64,000 nucleotides of DNA. Origin: a virus. Its lineage: Duplodnaviria; Caudoviricetes. The DNA lies in the IMG/VR virus record IMGVR_UViG_3300016371_000007, positions 1 through 64,000 of that record; one strand, given 5' to 3'. The position numbers and the translations under genes were made by a program. Position 1 is the stretch's first letter, and every line of letters begins with the position of its first letter. This document shows, in pieces, positions 35,212 through 46,292 of this stretch. The notes beneath the pieces were generated by a model. It was not told the DNA's origin. It worked only from the letters and a program-made list of their open reading frames with translations, and ran no database searches.

Positions 35212-36786
35212 TTGAGCAACTTCTTAGGCGGCTTCGAGAACAGCTCACTTTTGCCACCCATCGACGGAGTCAACGTCTTCATTGGCGACATGGCCTACAC
35301 CGTTGACGACGGTGGATTCTGGAATGCAGTTCAGCCGACATCCCCTTCCGGTGCGAGCCCAACCTGGGCCTGGATAGATCGATTGCGCGGCGGCCCCGGC
35401 CCACAAGGCCCTCCAGGAGTCGGTCTACCAGGACCAGCTGGTCAGATCGGCGTTGCTGGCAGAATGGGTCCTCCCGGACCACAAGGTACTGCTGGCAAGA
35501 ATGACTTCTCTTTCCTGAACAAGATGTTCGTGGTGCCAGCGTACAACGCGGCTCCGGTCACAGCTACAGTCACTGACTCTTCCTGGATGGCTGGCGGCAC
35601 ATTGGTCTACATACCCGGTGCTGGCACCTTTACTTGCGTAGGCGATCCGCCTAGTCCCAACACTGTTCTCTTAGTCAATTCCGGCGACCCCAATAACGCG
35701 GCAGCTGGGACCATGATCAGTTCCGGGACCCAGATCTCACCGGCACAATTGCGTGGCCCAATGGGTCCTCAAGGAACTCCAGGTCCTCCTGGTCCCCCCG
35801 GCCCACAAGGAGTCAGCGGAGCCAGCGTCTACACCACTTTAGCCCAGACATTCTCCGTCCCTGTCACTACTGGCACGGCCTTCGTTACCAGTGCGGATCC
35901 ATTCGGCATCGGCATGATTATCTACATTGCCAATGCCGGTTATTTCGCCGTCACCGCTGTCAACCTGACCGCAAATTCTCTCGACGTAACCAACCAAAAT
36001 TATCCCGGTGACCAACCTCCAGGAACTGTGGTGCCTGCCGGAACTACCGTCTCAGCCACTGGCCCGCAAGGGCCTCAGGGAGTTCAAGGGCCTGCCGGTC
36101 CTTCTGGCGGCCAAGGTCCAATCGGAGTCGCGCCCAGCGGCACCATTGCCATGTTTGGGTCTAAGGATGCGCCGGGAGGCTGGCTCCTCTGTAATGGTAC
36201 CCTGTACGCCACCAATGCGTATCCGGCTCTTTTTGCTGTCATCGGATATAACTACAATGTCGCGGGCGATAACCCGGCCAATTTCCGGGTACCGAACCTC
36301 GTAGGTCGCTTTGCGCTTGGCGCTTCTCCGACTTATCCCATCACACCCACAGCTGCTTCCGGCGGTGAGGTCAACCATGCTTTAACCTGGGCCGAGAACG
36401 GACCTCACTACCACAATATAAGTGTCGTCCTGGCTGACAACCAGCATGTGCATCTGAACCCGATTCACGGGCATGGACTGAACTGGACTGACCCAGGACA
36501 CGGCCACCAAAACTATTATTACCAGAGCATGAACGCCGGTGGGAATATTACGGTGTGGCAAGTAAGCGGTACACAAGAGGGTACTACCGGGACAATAAGT
36601 GACTGCATTATCGCCGCTAAAACCGGTATCCAAGCTTCTGTCCAAAATGCTGCGGCCTTCTGGACCGGGGTCAACAACACAATCGGCGTGTACGTCAAAT
36701 CTGCCTCTTCCGATACTCAGGGCTCCGGCACTCCCCATAACAACATGCCGCCGTACGTAGTCGTCGAATACATCATCAAAACATGA
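35212..36786 (+). CDS. collagen-like tail fibre with tail-collar domain
   Basis: Gly-X-Y runs; PSGTIAMFG...GGWLLCNG...YPALFAVIG...FRVPNLVGRF and HNNMPPY tail-collar motifs; TTG start uncertain. Confidence 0.8.
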   Translation: MSNFLGGFENSSLLPPIDGVNVFIGDMAYTVDDGGFWNAVQPTSPSGASPTWAWIDRLRGGPGPQGPPGVGLPGPAGQIGVAGRMGPPGPQGTAGKNDFSFLNKMFVVPAYNAAPVTATVTDSSWMAGGTLVYIPGAGTFTCVGDPPSPNTVLLVNSGDPNNAAAGTMISSGTQISPAQLRGPMGPQGTPGPPGPPGPQGVSGASVYTTLAQTFSVPVTTGTAFVTSADPFGIGMIIYIANAGYFAVTAVNLTANSLDVTNQNYPGDQPPGTVVPAGTTVSATGPQGPQGVQGPAGPSGGQGPIGVAPSGTIAMFGSKDAPGGWLLCNGTLYATNAYPALFAVIGYNYNVAGDNPANFRVPNLVGRFALGASPTYPITPTAASGGEVNHALTWAENGPHYHNISVVLADNQHVHLNPIHGHGLNWTDPGHGHQNYYYQSMNAGGNITVWQVSGTQEGTTGTISDCIIAAKTGIQASVQNAAAFWTGVNNTIGVYVKSASSDTQGSGTPHNNMPPYVVVEYIIKT

Positions 36787-38519
36787 GCAGCGCCCCTCAA
36801 TTTACCGTCACGCCCATGGAGCCAGGAGTCCGGCCCCAGACGCCGCCCAATTACGACGGCTATGTTTACGTTTACGTCTTTACCCAGATATTGACCCCGT
36901 GGACTCAGCCTCCGGTTAACGGACAGGTCACACTGGTGGTCGCCAATTCCCAAGGCTTTGTCGGCGGGATGAGTGTCGCCATCGACGATGGCGCAGGTAA
37001 CCTTGCAGGCTATTACACTGTGGTCTCGACCACGGCTCTGGACCGAATGACCGTAAGTAGCCTGGGTGGTCAGCCGCCTGGGACCGGGTTCAGCCCCGGT
37101 AAAATCACGACCACTTCCTTGCCGGGACCGATAGGTCCTGTAGGACCCCAAGGCAGTCCGGGAGCATCTGGAGCCCAAGGTAATCCAGGACCTCCGTTGA
37201 CTCCGAAAGGTAGCGTTGCCACTCAGTCGTCCTTGCCCTCTATCGGTGTCGTTGGTGACATGTGGGTGGCACAGGATACAGGGCATGCCTGGGGCTGGAA
37301 TGGGAACCAATGGGTGGATCTTGGCGCATACCAAGGCCCAGTCGGCCCGCAAGGACCCCAAGGACCCAATGGCCCGCAAGGGATCCAAGGCGTTCCAGGG
37401 CCTGTAGGACCTCAAGGAATTCAAGGGACACAAGGGTTCCTTGGTAATCCAGGTGAAAATGCTTTCTCGACTACAACGGCAGTATTCACCGTCCCGCCAA
37501 TTGGTGGAAACGTAGTCGTCACGGTGGCTGATCCCGATTTTATGACCATAGGCGAGTATGTCTATGTAGCAGGCTCGAACGGGTCAGGACAGGCCGGAGC
37601 CCTACAGATAACAGCTATCGCGGGAAATCAGGTCACCTTATTTAATCCGCCTAGTTCCGCAGGAGCTGGAATAGGAGAGGCACCGACAGATGGGAATCTC
37701 TACGGACGACAGAATGCTTCCTGGTCTATTGTACCGACTCCAGGACCAGCAGCGCCTTTTGATCCACAGACCGGACTCTATATCTACGACCCGTTCATGT
37801 ACGGGTTCTATACGGCAGCCACTGTGCCGCCGAACTTCGTAGTGGGATCTTACGGTTCAGGGAGTGTGACTTTTGGAGCGGGTGGTGGATGGGGATTTAG
37901 CGGAACCCAGAATGGCCAGGGAATGGCCGCAGTGTTTATAAGCACGGTTGTCAATACCAGCGCCTCTTTCGGCTATGGGTGTATCGGAGCTAGTTTCAAT
38001 TCAATATTCTGGAACAAACAGGCACCATTAACACTCAAATTTCGAGCCGGAATGAACTTGGCTGCCGCACCGGCTACCGGGAACGGATTCTTGTGGAGAG
38101 TCGGCTTTTGGAACCAAGCGCAAGCTATGGGTACACAAGATCCGTTTGTCTCGACTCCTTATTGGGCGTGTTTCCTCGAGTATTCGCCTGATCAAAATGG
38201 AGGCGTTTTTCGGCTAGGCTACAGTTTTGGCGCTAACCCTGCATCGCCTGCAAACACGGCGGTGACCTATGTCAATTGCACTAGCGGAACACCGACTTGG
38301 AACAACCTTGACTGGTACGAGATTGATATCGCGGTCAACGGCACCATTACCTGCAAGCTCAATGGAACAACCATTCTCTCGAGCGCCACGCTAAATCCTG
38401 CTGGCTCCTACGGTGCAATGCTCAATCCCTACGTTGGCCTGCATAAGACGGCGGCGGCTTCGCCCAGCGTCTACGCTTACGTAGACGATCTCTATCTTTA
38501 TTTACCATACAGCAGATAA
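36783..38519 (+). CDS. collagen-like fibre with foldon-like trimerisation motif and beta-sandwich tip
   Basis: Gly-X-Y runs; IGEAPTDGNLYGRQNASW resembles the T4 fibritin foldon (EAPRDGQAYVRKDGEW). Confidence 0.75.
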   Translation: MSSAPQFTVTPMEPGVRPQTPPNYDGYVYVYVFTQILTPWTQPPVNGQVTLVVANSQGFVGGMSVAIDDGAGNLAGYYTVVSTTALDRMTVSSLGGQPPGTGFSPGKITTTSLPGPIGPVGPQGSPGASGAQGNPGPPLTPKGSVATQSSLPSIGVVGDMWVAQDTGHAWGWNGNQWVDLGAYQGPVGPQGPQGPNGPQGIQGVPGPVGPQGIQGTQGFLGNPGENAFSTTTAVFTVPPIGGNVVVTVADPDFMTIGEYVYVAGSNGSGQAGALQITAIAGNQVTLFNPPSSAGAGIGEAPTDGNLYGRQNASWSIVPTPGPAAPFDPQTGLYIYDPFMYGFYTAATVPPNFVVGSYGSGSVTFGAGGGWGFSGTQNGQGMAAVFISTVVNTSASFGYGCIGASFNSIFWNKQAPLTLKFRAGMNLAAAPATGNGFLWRVGFWNQAQAMGTQDPFVSTPYWACFLEYSPDQNGGVFRLGYSFGANPASPANTAVTYVNCTSGTPTWNNLDWYEIDIAVNGTITCKLNGTTILSSATLNPAGSYGAMLNPYVGLHKTAAASPSVYAYVDDLYLYLPYSR

Positions 38520-38522
38520 CCT

Positions 38523-40064
38523 ATGGCTAACGGACCAGAACTCTTACAAGCTACTCCCGGTGTCGTAGTCAATCCGGGAGCACTTATCACTCCTGGTGGC
38601 CAGCAAGGGCCGCCCGGTAGCCAGGGTGCAGCCGGAGCGACCGGACTTCCGGGTCCTCCTAGCGGAACTGTAGTCGCCACCACTACTGCTGCCACTTTTA
38701 ATCAGCCTGCTGTTGGCTCTACTGTCCCGGTCACACTTACTGCTGCCTCCGGTATCGCAGCCGGAATGGTTCTCTACGTTCAGGGGGGCGGCTATTATTC
38801 GGTCAATGGCATCGCAGGAAGTGTCGCTACTCTTCAGAACCTCGGTTATGCAGTCAATGCTTCCCCCGCCACACCAATCAATTCTGGAGCAGTAGTCGGC
38901 GGCTGCGGTCCTCAAGGCCCAACCGGAGCTACCGGCCCTCAAGGAATTCCCGGAGTAGCCGGAACTAACGGAACTAACGGAACCGCCGCCAGCGTCGCGG
39001 TTGGGACCACCACTACCTTAAGTCCGGGAAACAGCGCAACGGTCACCAATAGTGGCTCCGCAACAGCAGCTGTCTTAAATTTTGGTGTACCGGCGGGGAT
39101 CGCTGGAACGCCGGGCGCTGCTGGCGCTCAAGGGCCTACCGGCGCAACTGGAGCAACTGGAGCAACTGGCGCTGCCGGGCCTCAAGGGGCTATTGGACCT
39201 ACCGGACCTATCGGACCCATCGGACCTATGGGTCAAACCGGCCCGCAAGGTCCCCAAGGAGTCGCTGGCGCACCCAGCGTCCCGTCCGGCAGTGTGGTCA
39301 TGTTTGGAGCTGCCAATGCACCTGTTGGCTGGCTCATATGCGATGGCACCTCTTACTCAACCAGCGCTTATCCTGACCTCTTCAACGCTATTGCCACCAA
39401 CTACAATCTTTCCGGTGATGCTGCCGGAACCTTCCGGGTCCCGAATCTCGCGGCCCGGGTCCCTCTTGGTATCGGATCAGGGACAGATCCAATTACAGGC
39501 AAAGGATTCACTCTTGGCGCAACCAGCGGTGAAATCAGCCACGCTCTGCAACCAGCCGAGAACGCAATCCATACCCATACCCTCACAGCCAGCCAAGCTG
39601 CTCATAGCCACACCGATAATGGTCACTCTCATCAGGTCGGCCCGCACGGCCACGCCTGGAATGACTCGGGCCATGCCCAATACATCCAGGCCCATGGTCA
39701 CGGCTGGACCGACAACAATCATCAGCACGTCATAGCCGGGTATTCGATGCAGTTTCAGGGACTGCTGGTTTCTCAAGGCGGCAATCAGGGCTACTCAATT
39801 AATGGCGGCAGCAACCTATGCTGGACCGGCGGTGAGAATCAGGTGGTCGGATCCGTTCAGAATGCAGCAGCCTTCTGGTCAGGCGGCCCGAACCAAGCCG
39901 TGGGTTCAGTCGCTAACGCGGCAGCATTCGCAAGTGCTAACGGATTTGCCAGTCTGACTACCTCTCAACCGGCTATCACGGCAACTGCCGCTAACCAGGG
40001 CTCAGGCACTGGGCACAACAACCTGCCGCCTTATCTGGTTATGCAATATATAATCAAAACATGA
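38523..40064 (+). CDS. collagen-like tail fibre with tail-collar domain
   Basis: Gly-X-Y runs; PSGSVVMFG..NAPVGWLICDG...FRVPNL and HNNLPPY; paralog of 35212-36786. Confidence 0.8.
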   Translation: MANGPELLQATPGVVVNPGALITPGGQQGPPGSQGAAGATGLPGPPSGTVVATTTAATFNQPAVGSTVPVTLTAASGIAAGMVLYVQGGGYYSVNGIAGSVATLQNLGYAVNASPATPINSGAVVGGCGPQGPTGATGPQGIPGVAGTNGTNGTAASVAVGTTTTLSPGNSATVTNSGSATAAVLNFGVPAGIAGTPGAAGAQGPTGATGATGATGAAGPQGAIGPTGPIGPIGPMGQTGPQGPQGVAGAPSVPSGSVVMFGAANAPVGWLICDGTSYSTSAYPDLFNAIATNYNLSGDAAGTFRVPNLAARVPLGIGSGTDPITGKGFTLGATSGEISHALQPAENAIHTHTLTASQAAHSHTDNGHSHQVGPHGHAWNDSGHAQYIQAHGHGWTDNNHQHVIAGYSMQFQGLLVSQGGNQGYSINGGSNLCWTGGENQVVGSVQNAAAFWSGGPNQAVGSVANAAAFASANGFASLTTSQPAITATAANQGSGTGHNNLPPYLVMQYIIKT

Positions 40065-42153
40065 AGACTGAACAGATCAGGCAATGGACACCCGGCACCA
40101 TCTTTAAATTCTCGGTCGGCGACAGGACGACCAATCTTGTCGTTGAGGCCAATGATGGCGAGAACCTAACGGCCATCGTTGGAGGTGCTCAGGGCTTACA
40201 GGAAGCAAAAGACGGCAATTACACTGGCAAACGCATGACCTTCCACTTAGTCGGCTTAGATGACCATCCACAAATCTCACAATGAATAACGATCCAGAAG
40301 TTGAGGCGGCAACATTTGTCCCGCCACCGTTTCCGACTTGGCCGCCACCCAGTGGAGGCGCACCGTTTCCGGGTAACGAGCTGGGGCCAATCACCAACCC
40401 CTATCCGTACGGCACCACCCAGCCCGCAAATATCAATACCGGCAACCCGGTTCCCCCGTTCCTTGCGATGAAGTATCCGCAGTCGGGTGGCGTAGGGAAC
40501 AACGGGCAAAACCAGGGCGGCTCCTATCAGCTGCCGAAACCGACAAAACCATGGGAAGTCGGCCCGATAGCCTCTGATCCCACGATCTCAGCCATTAAGC
40601 CTACTCCGATCATGGGTCCTGGGCCGCAAGGAACTTCACCTTACTAAATATGGATACACCCGTCGCTCAGAACTACGTGCCTCCGGCCTACCAGCAGTTG
40701 CCGCAAAGCACCAAGCCATGGGAAGTCGGTCCAATCGCTGGCAGTCCCTTCCCGCCAAAGATCTTCCCGGCTGGCAGCTATATCGATGGGATGGGCAGTG
40801 TCATCACACCAACCTCTGTAAGATCAGGATGGGGGAACTAGCATGGCTAAAAAACCTTTACCCTCGACCATGGAACCGGCCAATGCTGGTAAACAGCCGC
40901 CGTTCGTGCCGGTAACTTTCAAGACAACGGTGGGACCGCCCTTAGCCAAAGGCACTTACCAGGAAGTAGGGCTTTACTTGAAGCTCTATGATTATGCTTA
41001 TAACGGACAGAGCCAGACGGCAGTCATCAACTTCAAATGGCCTAAACCAGTATAACTTTATGGCTAACGTACCAACCAACATGGGGCCGCCCATGGAGCT
41101 GGGCTGCGGGCCAGCGGATCCGGCTCTAAGCGCCACCATAGCGGGCAACTATGCCGGGACTGGCTACAATCCAGTCAGAGGCGGCACTGGCGAAGTCGGC
41201 ACGATAAATCCGGGAGCTAATACTCCAGTTGCATCCCAAGGCCAGCCAGCTCAGTTGCGCGGCTACGTTCTGGGCGGCCAGCTCTATCTGGTCGATAGCG
41301 TGACCGGCACGGCCTATACCGTTGGCCCAGCTCTGCAAGTGCCGCAGCCACCCATCTATTCACCAACCAAATGAATATCCCGGCACCGGCAGCCAACGCG
41401 ATCGTCGCGATGAAGGAGTTCTTTGTCTATATGGGCTCAGACGGGAATCTCTGGGCCGTCTCGGCAGACAAGCTCCAGGCCGGTCAGCTGGGTGGGCCTG
41501 CTGGTCAGCCCCCGGTGATCGATGCCGTAGAAGAGGCACCGGCGGATGGGAACCCGTATGTCCGGCAGGATCTGGCCTGGATCATCATGCCTAAGAAGCC
41601 GCCCAATATAACTTTAAGCGACGGCATTAACGAGATCACCCTCACGATTGGACCGGCGGGCGATCTCTGGGTCAGTCAGACGGCTGGCCCCAACGCCGGT
41701 AAGACCTGTGACTTAACCTATGGCAAATGGCAATAACTGGGAAACAGGTCCCATATTAAACGCACCGTACTGCGGTCAGAATCAGACCTCCCAGATCCAG
41801 GTCCCAGCACCCATTGCCTATAAGGCATACCAGTACAGCCCAGAGGAGGGTCCCTGGGCCATGATACCGTACTCGGTACTTTATCCTCCGCCGACCCAGG
41901 GACCGGGTGAAGCTTGGGTGCCCCCGCCGGTTAAGCAAACCGATATTTTCATGGCTCAACAAACTTTTCCGCTATGAGAGTCTCCCTGGTGGATGAGACC
42001 ACCGGCCAGGAACGTGGCTGGTTAGAGTGCAACAATGAGGGGCGAGTCTGGATGTGCATCTCGGTCCTGGATCTGATGCATGTGCAGACTTTGCCGACCT
42101 TTCTCGGGATCCCCATGGACTTTCCGCCCACCACCTCCATCGAGTTCCAGTAA
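40061..42153 (+). other. run of eight tightly coupled micro-ORFs (40061-40285, 40282-40647, 40650-40841, 40843-41055, 41060-41374, 41371-41736, 41720-41977, 41974-42153)
   Basis: Abutting or overlapping start/stop codons; Pro/Gly-rich; three share WE[VT]GPI; 41371-41736 carries a foldon-like EAPADGNPYVRQDLAW. Confidence 0.65.
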
Positions 42154-42434
42154 TGGCCTTCGATACCATACCCTTCGTCCAGAGTGTCCTCTATAAGTCA
42201 CCCTACAGTGGGTGCTGCAATTTCTCTGGCTTCGCGAAGCCTGCGGCTGCTGCCCCGCCTGTCATTATTCAGGGACCGCCTGGGCCTATGGGTCCTCCGG
42301 GGCCTCAAGGTCCTCCTGGAGTCCGAGGTAGCCTCTGGTGGGTCGGCACCGGACCTCCTGGAACTATCGCCGGAGCGCTGCCCAACGACATGTACCTGGA
42401 TGACGCAACCGGAGATACCTATCAACTCTCATAG
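42153..42434 (+). CDS. short collagen-repeat protein
   Basis: 93 aa from ATG 42153; [16 protein letters not shown] followed by GS.WWVG.G.P...NDMYLD..TGD.Y motif. Confidence 0.65.
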   Translation: MAFDTIPFVQSVLYKSPYSGCCNFSGFAKPAAAAPPVIIQGPPGPMGPPGPQGPPGVRGSLWWVGTGPPGTIAGALPNDMYLDDATGDTYQLS

Positions 42435-42436
42435 CC

Positions 42437-45169
42437 ATGGGCTGGGCCAAGACAGGCAATATCCAAGGACCAACCGGACCACCTGGACCGTCCGGCGGCC
42501 CGGAGGGTCCTCCAGGTCCTCCCGGACCTCAGGGTCCTCCCGGCGCTAATTCTACTGTTCCCGGCCCGCAGGGTCCTATCGGGCCTGTCGGCCAAACCGG
42601 AGCTGCCGGGCCTCAAGGACCTTCTGGGCCTCAGGGATCCCAAGGCGTTCCTGGGGCAGCTGGCAGCCAAGGACCTATCGGCGCAACTGGGCCTCAAGGA
42701 CCGGCTGGAGCCGACTCAACCGTTCCCGGCCCGCAAGGACCTGCCGGGGCAACCGGGCCTGCTGGCGCAACTGGGGCTACTGGCGCAAGTGGCCCTCAAG
42801 GTCCTGCCGGGCCAACTGGCCCTGAAGGCCCAGCGGGGATCGGCCTCAACATGAAGGGCACGGTGCCGACATCGGCCAGTCTGCCGACTACAGGCAACCA
42901 GCCCAATGACACCTACACGGCCTTGGACACGGGCCACGCTTGGACCTGGAATGGTACAACCTGGATCGATATTGGCCCGATCCAGGGGCCTGAGGGACCT
43001 ACCGGGGCAACCGGCGCAACCGGCGCAACCGGGCCTGCGGGGCCTAGCGGCCCTGCGGGAGCAACTGGGGCAACTGGCAGCCAGGGGCCGACCGGGGCAA
43101 CTGGGGCGCAAGGACAAGGCTATCACTGGCGAGGAACATGGTTCGCTTCAACGACCTATAATTCATACGACTCTGTCGCCGCTAGCGATGGATCAAGCTA
43201 CGTCGCTGTTACTACCACAACCGGGAATGATCCTACCACTGATGGCGGGGCTCATTGGGGTGTATTAGCCCATACCGGAGCAACCGGTGCGACGGGTCCC
43301 ACAGGTCCCGCAGGAGCCGCTTCCACCGTTCCTGGACCTCAAGGGCCTGCTGGCGCTACGGGCGCAACCGGACCCCAGGGACCGACTGGACCGGCTTCCA
43401 CTGTTCCCGGCCCGACCGGCCCTGCCGGTGCAACCGGCGCGACTGGGCCAACTGGTCCTCAGGGGGCTACAGGTATAGCTGGTCCACCAGGAGCGGGTGC
43501 AGGTGATTCGCCTTATAAATGGTCAACCGGAACTGCTGCGGCTGATCCGGGTACAGGTAAAGTTGGAGGCAACAACGCAACCCCAGCTTTATTTACTCAC
43601 ATCTATGCTGATAGTTTTGACCAGAATGGATCAGGCGTTTTTGGATTACAACAGCTGGTCAACGGAAGTGACCTCTATTTGTATGAAACCGGCCAGGTCG
43701 GAACTTCTATTCATTTTACATGTGTTGGTACTCCGGTAAACCATGGCCCCAATCAGTGGTTCGATATTACCGTTAGTCTGGTTAACAATGTCGGGTTTAC
43801 TCCTTCCAACAACCAAGCGGTTCAACTATATTTACCGGTTGAAGGTGCTACTGGTCCACAAGGCCCCACCGGACCGCCCGGAGCTACGGGACCACAGGGA
43901 CCGACCGGACCACAAGGGCAAACTGGAGCGACCGGGCCACAAGGGCCCATTGGTTTAACCGGGGCAACAGGTCCACCCGGACCCCAGTCAGTCAGCGCCG
44001 ATACCGGTAACCTGCTCACCCTCGGCAGCGATAATCTGGTTAGCCTACCTTCCAGCGTAATCTGGAATCAGCGTCTTAGATCATACAACGCTATCGGCAA
44101 TCCGAATTTCGAGGTTACGCAGCGCAATATTGGTACGGTGATTACGCCAGTATCAGGTGGTGGTACTTTTATTGAAGATAGATGGTTTATAAACAAATCA
44201 GCCGCTGTGACGGGTGTGGTGACCGCCCAGAAACAAGGTCCTGCTGCTAGTGCAGCAGGATGTACTCCTGTTCCAGGGACCAACTATTTGATCTCTAATG
44301 GCTTTTTGCGGATCACATTAACTACGGCCCAGGCAACGCTCGCGGCAGGTGATAATGTGATTCTAGGCCAATTCGTTGAAGGTCCCTGCTTACGAGAATT
44401 ATGGGGTGATGTCCATTCAGTATCGATTTTATGCCGATCCAGCGTAGCCAATTTGAGTTTAGGATTGAACTTGCGAGATCCTGTCACTACTACTCATTCA
44501 CTTTCTAAGTTATGTACTTTGGGAGCGGCTAATAGTTGGACCTTGATTACTCTGCCTAACTTGCCAGTTTGGCCGACAGGCAATTTCGTTATCACACCCG
44601 GTGCGCAAGGATATATTTTTGGCATCACATTAGCTTGTGGATCTACATATATCCCTCCAGCCAATGATGTTTGGCAATCAGGCCTTTATGTTGGGGCAGT
44701 TGGCCAGAGCAATTTTTTTGCTCAAGCTGTTAATTCCACGTTCGACGTTGCCTTTGTTCAGCACGAGCCAGGAGCGGTTTGCAGCCAACTGATGGACCTT
44801 CCGTTTACCGGGCCAAACGGAAGTCTGGAAGCTTGTCAGCGCTATTTTCAGAAGAGTTACAATTACGGTGATAAACCTGGAACCGTTACAAATCCTACTG
44901 CCCTACGATTCGCCGTTCCCGCTGGGCTGGTTAACCCGGTAGGTCAAGTACGTTTCCCAAAAATTATGTCTAAGACACCAACCATCACTGGCTATAGCAC
45001 AAATACTGGTGCGATTAATAATGTTTATGATGCAACAAACGGAGCCGATCGAGCAATTACGTCCGCCATTGGTATTTCCGATAATAGCTTTGGCGGATTT
45101 AATGTAACTGGCGGTCTTAGTACGATCTGGCAGGTTTTGTTCCACTATACCGCCGATACCGGGTGGTAA
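42437..45169 (+). CDS. long collagen-like tail fibre with receptor-binding tip
   Basis: Extensive Gly-X-Y repeats; C-terminal NPNFEVTQR...DRW...FVQHEPG..C...CQRYFQKS domain. Confidence 0.8.
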   Translation: MGWAKTGNIQGPTGPPGPSGGPEGPPGPPGPQGPPGANSTVPGPQGPIGPVGQTGAAGPQGPSGPQGSQGVPGAAGSQGPIGATGPQGPAGADSTVPGPQGPAGATGPAGATGATGASGPQGPAGPTGPEGPAGIGLNMKGTVPTSASLPTTGNQPNDTYTALDTGHAWTWNGTTWIDIGPIQGPEGPTGATGATGATGPAGPSGPAGATGATGSQGPTGATGAQGQGYHWRGTWFASTTYNSYDSVAASDGSSYVAVTTTTGNDPTTDGGAHWGVLAHTGATGATGPTGPAGAASTVPGPQGPAGATGATGPQGPTGPASTVPGPTGPAGATGATGPTGPQGATGIAGPPGAGAGDSPYKWSTGTAAADPGTGKVGGNNATPALFTHIYADSFDQNGSGVFGLQQLVNGSDLYLYETGQVGTSIHFTCVGTPVNHGPNQWFDITVSLVNNVGFTPSNNQAVQLYLPVEGATGPQGPTGPPGATGPQGPTGPQGQTGATGPQGPIGLTGATGPPGPQSVSADTGNLLTLGSDNLVSLPSSVIWNQRLRSYNAIGNPNFEVTQRNIGTVITPVSGGGTFIEDRWFINKSAAVTGVVTAQKQGPAASAAGCTPVPGTNYLISNGFLRITLTTAQATLAAGDNVILGQFVEGPCLRELWGDVHSVSILCRSSVANLSLGLNLRDPVTTTHSLSKLCTLGAANSWTLITLPNLPVWPTGNFVITPGAQGYIFGITLACGSTYIPPANDVWQSGLYVGAVGQSNFFAQAVNSTFDVAFVQHEPGAVCSQLMDLPFTGPNGSLEACQRYFQKSYNYGDKPGTVTNPTALRFAVPAGLVNPVGQVRFPKIMSKTPTITGYSTNTGAINNVYDATNGADRAITSAIGISDNSFGGFNVTGGLSTIWQVLFHYTADTGW

Positions 45170-45225
45170 AAAAACAATTCTTATGAGCGAGAACGGTAAA
45201 GCTAAGAGTCTCCCTGCCAGGGAGC

Positions 45226-46290
45226 GTGCTCTGGTATCAGCGCCTTCGCTCGTACAATAGTGTGGTCAATCCGAACTTCGAGGTAAACCAGCTCAGTTCC
45301 AATGCCGTAAGGTTGGTTGATCGCTGGAACCTCTGGAAAACGGCTGGGATTACGGCGGCAGTGAGTTCTGGGCCAGTTGCAACCAGTGCAGGCTGCCTCC
45401 TGCCGGGGACCAGCTATCGTGTTACCTCGCAAATCCTTACTTTCCAGGTTACAACCGCCCAAGCAGCAGCGCCGGGCGGGAGCGACGGGTTTGGTTTCTA
45501 CCAGTATCCCGAAGGCATTGCCGCTCGCGAATTGGTTAATGACGTGACCTCCTTGAGCCTGATGGTCTTTTGTAATGTTGCGGGCCTGAAGTTCACTGTA
45601 GCGCTGAGGGATGGCTCTGGGGTCTACAGTATCGTTTATCTCTGCACGATTCAGACTGCGAGCCAATGGACGGTTATCCCGCTGCCCAATATTCCTGCAT
45701 TCCCTAGTGGATCGACCGTTGGGCTAACCCCAGGATCTAACGGTTATAATATCTTTATCGTTCTGGCTTGTGGCCCGACCTTAACCGCGCCCAATACCGG
45801 CATCTGGAACACGACTGGTGGCTATGTCGGTGCGCCGGGGATGAGTAATTTTCTTTCGACGGTTGGCAATATCTTCTACTGTGCCTTCGTTCAGCATGAA
45901 CCGGGCAGCGTCTGTACCGCCCTGATCGACAAACCTTTCCTCCAGAACTACCAGGAATGCCTCCGCTACTATCAAAAAAATACTCATTACGCTAATACCC
46001 CATGCACTGGAAACTGGAAACTGGTTGGCACTTTAGCCGCAACGAACAGTACACAAATCCGTTGCCTTATCCGATTTACCCCGGAAATGGCAAAGACTCC
46101 GACAGTGCGTTGGACCGGGAATAGTACTGCATTAGGAAACGTCTTCCTTGAGAGTGTCGGCCTTGTCGCAGTCGGTAGCACCGGAGTTGGAACCTCAGGA
46201 GTACAATCAATTACCTTATCGGCTGCCCCTACGTGTGCAGCTTATGCCGATGTGCTCGCAGACTGGGACGCCGATACCTTGATCCCCTGA
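45226..46290 (+). CDS. stand-alone paralog of the fibre tip (receptor-binding) domain; start uncertain
   Basis: QRLRSYN..NPNFEV, FVQHEPG.VC and ECLRYYQK shared with the C-terminus of 42437-45169; homology extends upstream of the GTG. Confidence 0.7.
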   Translation: MLWYQRLRSYNSVVNPNFEVNQLSSNAVRLVDRWNLWKTAGITAAVSSGPVATSAGCLLPGTSYRVTSQILTFQVTTAQAAAPGGSDGFGFYQYPEGIAARELVNDVTSLSLMVFCNVAGLKFTVALRDGSGVYSIVYLCTIQTASQWTVIPLPNIPAFPSGSTVGLTPGSNGYNIFIVLACGPTLTAPNTGIWNTTGGYVGAPGMSNFLSTVGNIFYCAFVQHEPGSVCTALIDKPFLQNYQECLRYYQKNTHYANTPCTGNWKLVGTLAATNSTQIRCLIRFTPEMAKTPTVRWTGNSTALGNVFLESVGLVAVGSTGVGTSGVQSITLSAAPTCAAYADVLADWDADTLIP

Positions 46291-46292
46291 GT

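Noticed and set aside
35177-35215. 12-codon uORF with C-AAA-AAG that could -1 frameshift into the first fibre gene
   Set aside because: It overlaps the likely -10 element (TATGAT 35176-35181), and a plain TTG start explains the gene; insufficient support.
35380-44000. Repetitive GC-rich DNA as CRISPR or tandem-repeat array
   Set aside because: The repeats are Gly-X-Y collagen codons with synonymous variation, not constant repeats with spacers.
42437-46290. Diversity-generating retroelement or invertase-driven fibre switching
   Set aside because: No reverse transcriptase, no near-identical TR/VR pair with A-specific mismatches, and no invertase or inverted crossover sites seen.
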